DNA from: Octopus bimaculoides
Lineage: Eukaryota
Assembly (NCBI RefSeq): GCF_001194135.2
Contig: NC_068981.1
Location: 43,926,964 to 43,968,388 of the forward strand
Length of the DNA: 41,425 nt
Reading direction: 5' to 3'
How positions within the stretch are numbered: position 1 is the first letter of the stretch; each line of letters begins with the position of its first letter. Positions 35,179-41,425 of this stretch are shown piece by piece. The notes beneath the pieces were generated by a model that was not told where the DNA came from, did not search any database, and worked only from the letters and a program-made list of their open reading frames with translations. A program made the translations under genes and the position numbers.

Positions 35179-36490
35179 TACTCCAACAAGATAAAACTTT
35201 TATTCTCTGGCATAAAATCTTGGAGCTATTTTAGACTAATTTTTGGTTGCTGATTCCAAAACTGACATCAGATTTCTTCTATCACATCACATTTTTGTGC
35301 CATTGGTATATACCTTTATTTACCTGGAGCATCGCAAAAGTTAACCTTACACCACTATTTGTGAGAGTTTTGGCTGGTTTGCCATGCTAATTTTGAATAA
35401 TATATTCAAGCTGAGTTTTGCTTTTAAACACTTTCTCTTCTTTTCAGGTGTGAACTGAACCACTGTGATCTAGTTATGGATACAATATTAAAAAGAAGGA
35501 TGTGTATAATGACCCTGAAATCTTCTGTTACACCTGTAGAAACTTTACTCCACAGGCTCAAAGGTGCAACATTAATAATTTTGTTAAGAAAATATATCTT
35601 GCTTACTTTAAAGTAGCACTTGGATACCATGAAACAACCTGTGCTGAAACTCGGTGTCACGAAGCAATTCCTCAAAGCACTTGATCACAGTGGAGACTGC
35701 TTCAGATATATATGTACAGCCTTTCCCAAGTCTCAGTGACAAGAAGAAGGCTGGAATATCTGATGGACCTCAAATAAGAACACTGCTCAGGGATCCACAT
35801 TTCATTACACTAATGAGTGTGGCTGAAGTTAGAGCTTTGAATACCTTTTCCCATGTGGTGCTAATTTCCTTGTGAACAGGAAAGCTGATAACTATCAAGA
35901 GATTGTGGAAGAGTTACTCTAGAGTTTGCAAGCACCTGGATGTAGAAGGAGCGTTAAATTGCACCACTTACACAGTCACTTGGGTGAGTTTCCAGAGAAC
36001 CTGAATGAAAAACAAGGTGAACGCTTTCATCAAGATGTAAAGATAATGGAAGAAGACTACCAAGGTCGGTGGGACTCAATCATGATAGCAGATTACTGCT
36101 GGAGCTTGATGAGAGACTCTTTAGAGGCTGTGTACAAGAGATGATTAAAAAAAGAGGAAGTTCTTGCAGTAATAAGACAATCAGAATGAAAGACCACAAT
36201 GAGAGATTTTGTAGTCATGTTTTGTTATCACCAAGCTTAATTCTTACATGCTTATGTGCATTTACTCCCACAACCTTGTGTCTTGTTTCATTAGATTGAA
36301 AAAAAGATATTGTCTATTAAAAATTGCATCTACATATGTTTAATTCTTTATGAGCATTAAATAGCTGCTTCTAACGACACTAAAACATTTTATAGCTCAA
36401 ACATCTGATGTGATAGGCAAAATCTGATGTCAGATTTGAATTCAGTGCCCATTGATGAACTTTGTGCCAGAAAATATGTGTTGACCAGTG
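35179..36490 (+). mobile_element. Chapaev3-like (CMC) DNA transposon, internally deleted and decayed
   Basis: NDPEIFCYTC...FVKKIYLAYFKVALG, KLGVTKQFLKALD, DGPQIR, KLHHLHSHL, QGERFHQD, YQGRWD...ADYCWSL; 3' end ...gaccagtg; subterminal inverted ctgacatcagatt/aatctgatgtcag. The family label is from recall. Confidence 0.75.
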
Positions 36491-37061
36491 TTATAGCTAA
36501 AATACACTTTCTTCTTTCCATCAACAAAATGCTTGCTGTTACTATTAAACACACACACGCGTGCACAAATTCCTGTAGCCCATTGTACCACTATTTATTT
36601 TTTAATAACCTTTGACACATAAGTATCATCCATCATCCACAGAAAATTTTAGCCACCTCATTTTAGGAAAGCACTACTTCAACAATCTGGAGGACTTTAA
36701 ATATTAGGCACGAGGAGTACATTTGCTTCACATTTAAAAAACAGCTACTATGATTATATCAAGGAAATAACTCTATAATTCACTTATCCCCTTTCCATTT
36801 TATTGACAGCTATTAAGACATTAAGTATTTGATCAATTTGACTATAAACATTTCCCTTACATTAGTAAAAAAAAAATGCATATATACTATTTTCTCGCTA
36901 TCCATGAAGAAACTACCACTAAAACCTTCATACATTTTTGACATTAGCTCTCATAAACTTTAGCTATCTCTTATAATAGCCATTTTTATATAAAATAGCT
37001 TATTAAGCTCTCCGTTTATATTGACTTTCCACATACGTAGTAGAAACAAATAGCATAATAC

Positions 37062-37180
37062 CAAAAGTGAACTGCTCTCTTCCACAGGTTTCTCTCTTGG
37101 GCTGCTGACATCTGTCTCTGCATGCTGTGATACCCAGGTTATACATAGCTGATGGAGAGATAGATTCATGCTATATCTAC
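37062..37180 (-). CDS. Candidate host-gene exon (xRYSMNLSLHQLCITWVSQHAETDVSSPREKPVEESSSLL); alternative donor after 37037
   Basis: Acceptor tgtttgccag|; donors GTATTA (phase 0) or GTATGT (phase 1). Confidence 0.45.
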
Positions 37181-37404
37181 CTGGCAAACATCAATAATGG
37201 TCATGATCAACGAAGGTCACAATCAAGAATCTGGTGATCTCAGTGCTGGGGGTGGCAGGGATTTATCTCCCCTCTAGTAACATAAACAAGAGTGTATTTT
37301 GCACCAAAAAGCCAGCATGAGAGCTTCTCTTATGGTATCTACCACAGCATGGTCTGTTTAAGCCAAACATCCATGTTTAATTGAGGAGAAGTATTACCTC
37401 TCAG

Positions 37405-37788
37405 TGGAGGCGCAATGGCCCAGAGGTTAGGGCAGCGGACTCGCGGTCATAGGATCGCGGTTTCGATCCCCTGACCTGCGTTGTGAGTGTTTATTGAGCG
37501 AAAACACTTAAAAGCTCCACGAGGCTCCAGCAGAGGATGGTGGTGAACCCTGCTGTACTCTATCACCACAACTTTCTCTCACTCTCTTTTCCTATTTCTG
37601 TTGCGCCTGTAATTCAAAGGGTCAGCCTTGTCACACTGTGTCACGCTGAATATCTCCGAGAACTACGTTAAGGGTACACGTGTCTGTGTTGTGCTCAGCC
37701 ATTCGCACGTTAATTTCATGAGCAGGCTGTTCCGTTGATCGGATCAACTGGAACCCTCGACGTCGTAAACGACAGAGTGCCGACAACA
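37405..37788 (+). mobile_element. Young full-length tRNA-derived SINE with a 12-bp TSD
   Basis: ATTACCTCTCAG at 37393-37404 and 37789-37800; A/B boxes (tggcccagagg, gtttcgatcc); CpGs retained; (ACA) tail. Confidence 0.9.
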
Positions 37789-37924
37789 ATTACCTCTCAG
37801 CATTTATTTTGGTAAATACATTTATCCAGTCTTTGAACATGCCTAAGTTAGCAGAGGTTTTGCTATACTATCTTTTTCATGCATTAGGAAAGTATTCTTG
37901 TCTCTATCATTACATATGATGTTT

Positions 37925-37962
<38 letters not shown>

Positions 37963-38294
37963 GTGTTTAATCATAAATGCATCTTTTTTTGTACTTGTGT
38001 ACAGTTTAATGTCCATGCCTTCAATTTCATACATACTCTAATATGACTAAAACTGTATCACAACCATTAGGGACAGAAATCTGAATAGCATTAAACATTT
38101 TTTAACCTTCCACAAGGGACGTTTCTTTTAGATCACTTAGTAAAAAAGTGATCAATGTATTCTCTTGAAAAACTGTATTGATTAAAAACTTGAGAAACCT
38201 CAATGAATACGTAAATTCGAGGAATGGGATTTTTTCTGCATGTCTGTATTCTAAGAGATACATCTTGTCAGCATTTAAAAGTAGACCACCATAC

Positions 38295-38396
38295 ACTTCA
38301 TTACATCATTAACATCTGGTTTTATGTCTCCTTCACATTGAATTATTATAACGTTGGTTATCTCCCTTGTGATTTTCTTGTCTTCTTTACAAGCAT
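38295..38396 (-). CDS. Candidate host-gene exon (xACKEDKKITREITNVIIIQCEGDIKPDVNDVMK)
   Basis: Open 102-nt phase 1-1 frame, donor GTATGG, weak acceptor; phases fit the flanking candidates. Confidence 0.4.
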
Positions 38397-38666
38397 CTTT
38401 TGTTTAAATGTTATCTGCTCAAAATACAATGGATAACCAGTCTTGTTTCCAGCTTGATATATGGTGGAATAAATTATTATTTTGACCAGGAAACTCTGGA
38501 TAGCTATATTTGCAAGGTTTGTGGGTTTTTTCTTTTTAAGATAATACACACACACACACACAGACACACACACACACTCACATACACACACATACACAAA
38601 CACACAATATCAATGTCATTTCAAATTATCCCTTACGCTACTGTTTAAATAATTTTAAATAAACAG

Positions 38667-39401
38667 TGAAGGAGACCTTTGGAAATATGCTGTGCATGAG
38701 AAGACCCAGCAAGCCAAGTAAGATTCAAAATCCAAGGCCTCTGCCAGGGATGTAGCCAGCCCACTTACACGTGACATTCCTTCATTGGACACTAAACTCC
38801 ACTTGTGAAGACCTGTTGAGGCAAGTGAAATCGAAATCGAACTAAATCTGACGACTGGCATCCATGCCAACGTCTCTTTCATTGAACTCTAAACTCGGCT
38901 TGCGAAGACCTGTTGGAGCAAGCAAAAGCGAAATTGTGATGGCACCTGTACCAGTGGAGCACTAAGAGCACCGTCCTAACATGATCGTTGCTAGAGCAGC
39001 TGTCTGGCTTCCGTGCCGGTGGCACGTAAATAGCGCCATTTGAGCGTGATCGTTACCAATGTTGCCTTCCTGGCACTTGTGCCGGTAGCATGTGAAAAGA
39101 CATTTGAGCGAGATTGTTGCAAGTGCCGCTGGACTGACGCCTGTGCAGGTGGCACGTGAAATACACCATTTCGAGCATGGCTGGTGCCAGTACCGCCTGA
39201 CTGGCCTTCATGCCGGTGGCACGTAAAAACACCCACTACATTCTCGGAGTGGTTGGTGTTAGGAGGGGCATCGAGCTGTTGAAACTCTGCCAAATCAGAT
39301 TGGAGCCTGGTGTAGCCACCTGGTTCATCAGTCCTCAGTCAAATCGTCCAACCCATGCTAGCATGGAAAACGATCATTAAATGAGGATGATGATGATGAT
39401 G
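38667..39401 (+). mobile_element. RTE-type (GAT)n-tailed repeat, long copy
   Basis: Reverse-complement counterpart of 7191-7937. Confidence 0.85.
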
Positions 39402-40146
39402 AGTATTGTATGATTAATGAAAACCATTTCATAGGGGATTTCTGGAACAATTTTTCCTGTGTCAATCTTTCATTCCATTTGTTATTACCTCTCAAAAATA
39501 TATTTCAGAAATATTCTCAGTGACACAATTCTTATGGAATATAAAATATTAGTGTTATGTAAGCATTACTGAAACAGCTGTAAGAATGAATATTTTGAAA
39601 TATCGCGATTGTAGTTTTCTATTGCTCTCTAAAAAGTATTTTTCAGCTTTATATCTGACAAAGTTTTTTTTTAATATATAATTTTACTTGCAATATAAGT
39701 AGCAATGGACGTATACTTTTCACTTCTTGAGTAATGTAAGAAAATATGGCATACACACAATCCTTATTCAAGTTTTATTATATTTCTGAGTATTTGTACA
39801 AAATGATGAAATGATTGCAAATATTCAAAATAAAGATATTTAACTTTAAAGAAAATTGAATAAAGAAAACAACAAAGTACATATTCATTCTTAATACGTT
39901 CTGGAAGATTCAAACATGAATCTGTTAATTGGTGCTACATTTTGTCTAAGAAGAACAAATTCACCTTATTTCTCATTTGCATAATTGTTCACATAAATAC
40001 ACTCTCTATTCAACATATAAACCAACCAACCAACCACCATGTATATCAGCTATTATATAGAGATATACTTTACAGTTTATATATGATGCTTGTGTGTGGC
40101 GTGTGTGTGTGTGTGTCTGTGCGTATGTGTGTGCATACATATGTAC

Positions 40147-40169
<23 letters not shown>

Positions 40170-40222
<53 letters not shown>
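40170..40222. repeat. (GT)n microsatellite
   Basis: Seen directly. Confidence 0.9.
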
Positions 40223-40224
<2 letters not shown>

Positions 40225-40332
40225 CTGTGCTTGTACACACATATATTTAATGGAAAAAGTAGGTTTAAATGTTACACAGCTCAAAAATTTTTCTTGTCTT
40301 GATTCTTCATTCCATTAGTTAGCTACACTCAC

Positions 40333-40392
40333 CAATGTATTTATGCAAACCAGCACGAACTAATATACCCAAATACGTCTCCAGATTCAATA
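40333..40392 (-). CDS. Candidate host-gene exon (xLNLETYLGILVRAGLHKYI)
   Basis: Acceptor ...atataatcaacag|, perfect donor G|GTGAGT, 60 nt, phase 1-1, only one frame open. Confidence 0.55.
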
Positions 40393-40626
40393 CTGTTGAT
40401 TATATGTTAAAATGCATTGAAGCTGATATTTTTTATGGAAATTTTACTAGTTGATTTTTACTTTCACCTCCCCTTAGTGTCAATTCAACAAGACATTTCT
40501 TTTGGAAATTGATGTTGAAGTACCACAAAGAAATGAAAGCTTATGGAAGTTGGAAGTGAGCAATAAAGAGAGCAAAGTGCCTCCTTCCATTTAACGCTGT
40601 TAATGGGTGAATGCTTCTTAGCTGAC

Positions 40627-40671
40627 GTGTAATGACAAGCATTATCTCCTTGATGAATGACGTATATCTTT
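40627..40671 (-). CDS. Weak candidate host-gene exon (xRYTSFIKEIMLVIT)
   Basis: Acceptor aactcttcag|, weak donor GTCAGC, phase 1-1. Confidence 0.2.
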
Positions 40672-41344
40672 CTGAAGAGTTTTGTTTCCTGGCCAGAAGT
40701 TTATCTCTTTATATTGCAGATACTTCCTACAAATAAGTGCAGTAGCTATTGGTGCATGTTAATTATATTTATTTTCCTTTATGTTTATGCCTATGTAAAT
40801 ATATGCACAGATACAAAGTACTATGCAGAAAGGCAAACATACACAAAATGATCTATCTACACAAAACGATCTATCTGTCTTTATATATGGGTGTCTGTGT
40901 GTGCTTGCACGTTCATACTTATGTATGGCTGTATATATTATATATATATATATATATNNNNNNNNNNACACATATATATGTGCGTGTGTGTGTTTGTGTG
41001 TATTTACATATGCGTGTATGTATGGATATATATACACACACACACACACATATATATACATATTTATATATATACACACATACATCTGTGTTTATATCTA
41101 TGCTTGTATACACGCACATATGCATAGATGCATGTATGTAATATTTATACGCATGCACATATACATGGTTATATGTGCAAGATGAACAGCACTTACTATC
41201 CTGTGTCAGAGTTTATATGTCAGTCAGTTAAGTACTCCATCTTTACTCAGAGTTTCTCAGCCATATGTTCAAGTATGTGAAGTATGTGGTGGACATCCTT
41301 CAAAAACAATGTTGGCTAAAAGATTTCATCTGCATTCTCTGTGT

Positions 41345-41385
<41 letters not shown>

Positions 41386-41425
41386 CACATATATACATGT
41401 ATATATATGTGCATATATATATATA

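Noticed and set aside
38102-38296. 64-aa minus ORF (YRHAEKIPFLEF...SLVEG) as an exon
   Set aside because: It overlaps or abuts the better phase-compatible 38295-38396 exon. Any intron between them would be only 31-54 nt, and joining them needs a frameshift. Not fully excluded.
38805-38840. CTGTTGA...GAAA hammerhead-like pattern in the RTE-type repeat module
   Set aside because: The essential A6 is T and there is no proper stem II, stem III or cleavage triplet.
39488-39530. 42-nt exon candidate (IVSLRIFLKYIFE)
   Set aside because: It lies within a palindromic AT-rich repeat-like segment and its phase is incompatible with the neighbouring candidates.

Overview
AT-rich, microsatellite-dense eukaryotic DNA. 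The repeat types (tRNA-headed SINEs, RTE-type (GAT)n-tailed repeats, R4/Dong) point to an octopus genome; this is recall-based inference. There is no intact long ORF, and almost all ORFs in the supplied track are microsatellite or N-run artefacts. Recognisable content: a nested retroelement cluster at about 1.7-7.9 kb (R4/Dong RT and restriction-like endonuclease fragments, an AAT-flanked repeat in tandem, and an ORF1-only L1/Tx1-like element); decayed DNA transposons (two Tc1/mariner DD37D-like, one Tc1, one Chapaev3-like); an RTE RT fragment; nine (GAT)n-tailed RTE-type repeats; and many SINEs. About a dozen short, mostly phase-compatible minus-strand exon candidates suggest a large unidentified host gene whose introns hold most of these repeats. 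The most unusual signals are two non-coding elements with hammerhead-ribozyme cores. One is a 353-bp-period retrozyme/Penelope-like unit (19537-20015). The other is a tRNA-headed (AAT)n element flanked by inverted hammerhead-bearing arms (34083-34589). Assembly gaps lie at 9744-9753, 29114-29600 and 40958-40967.
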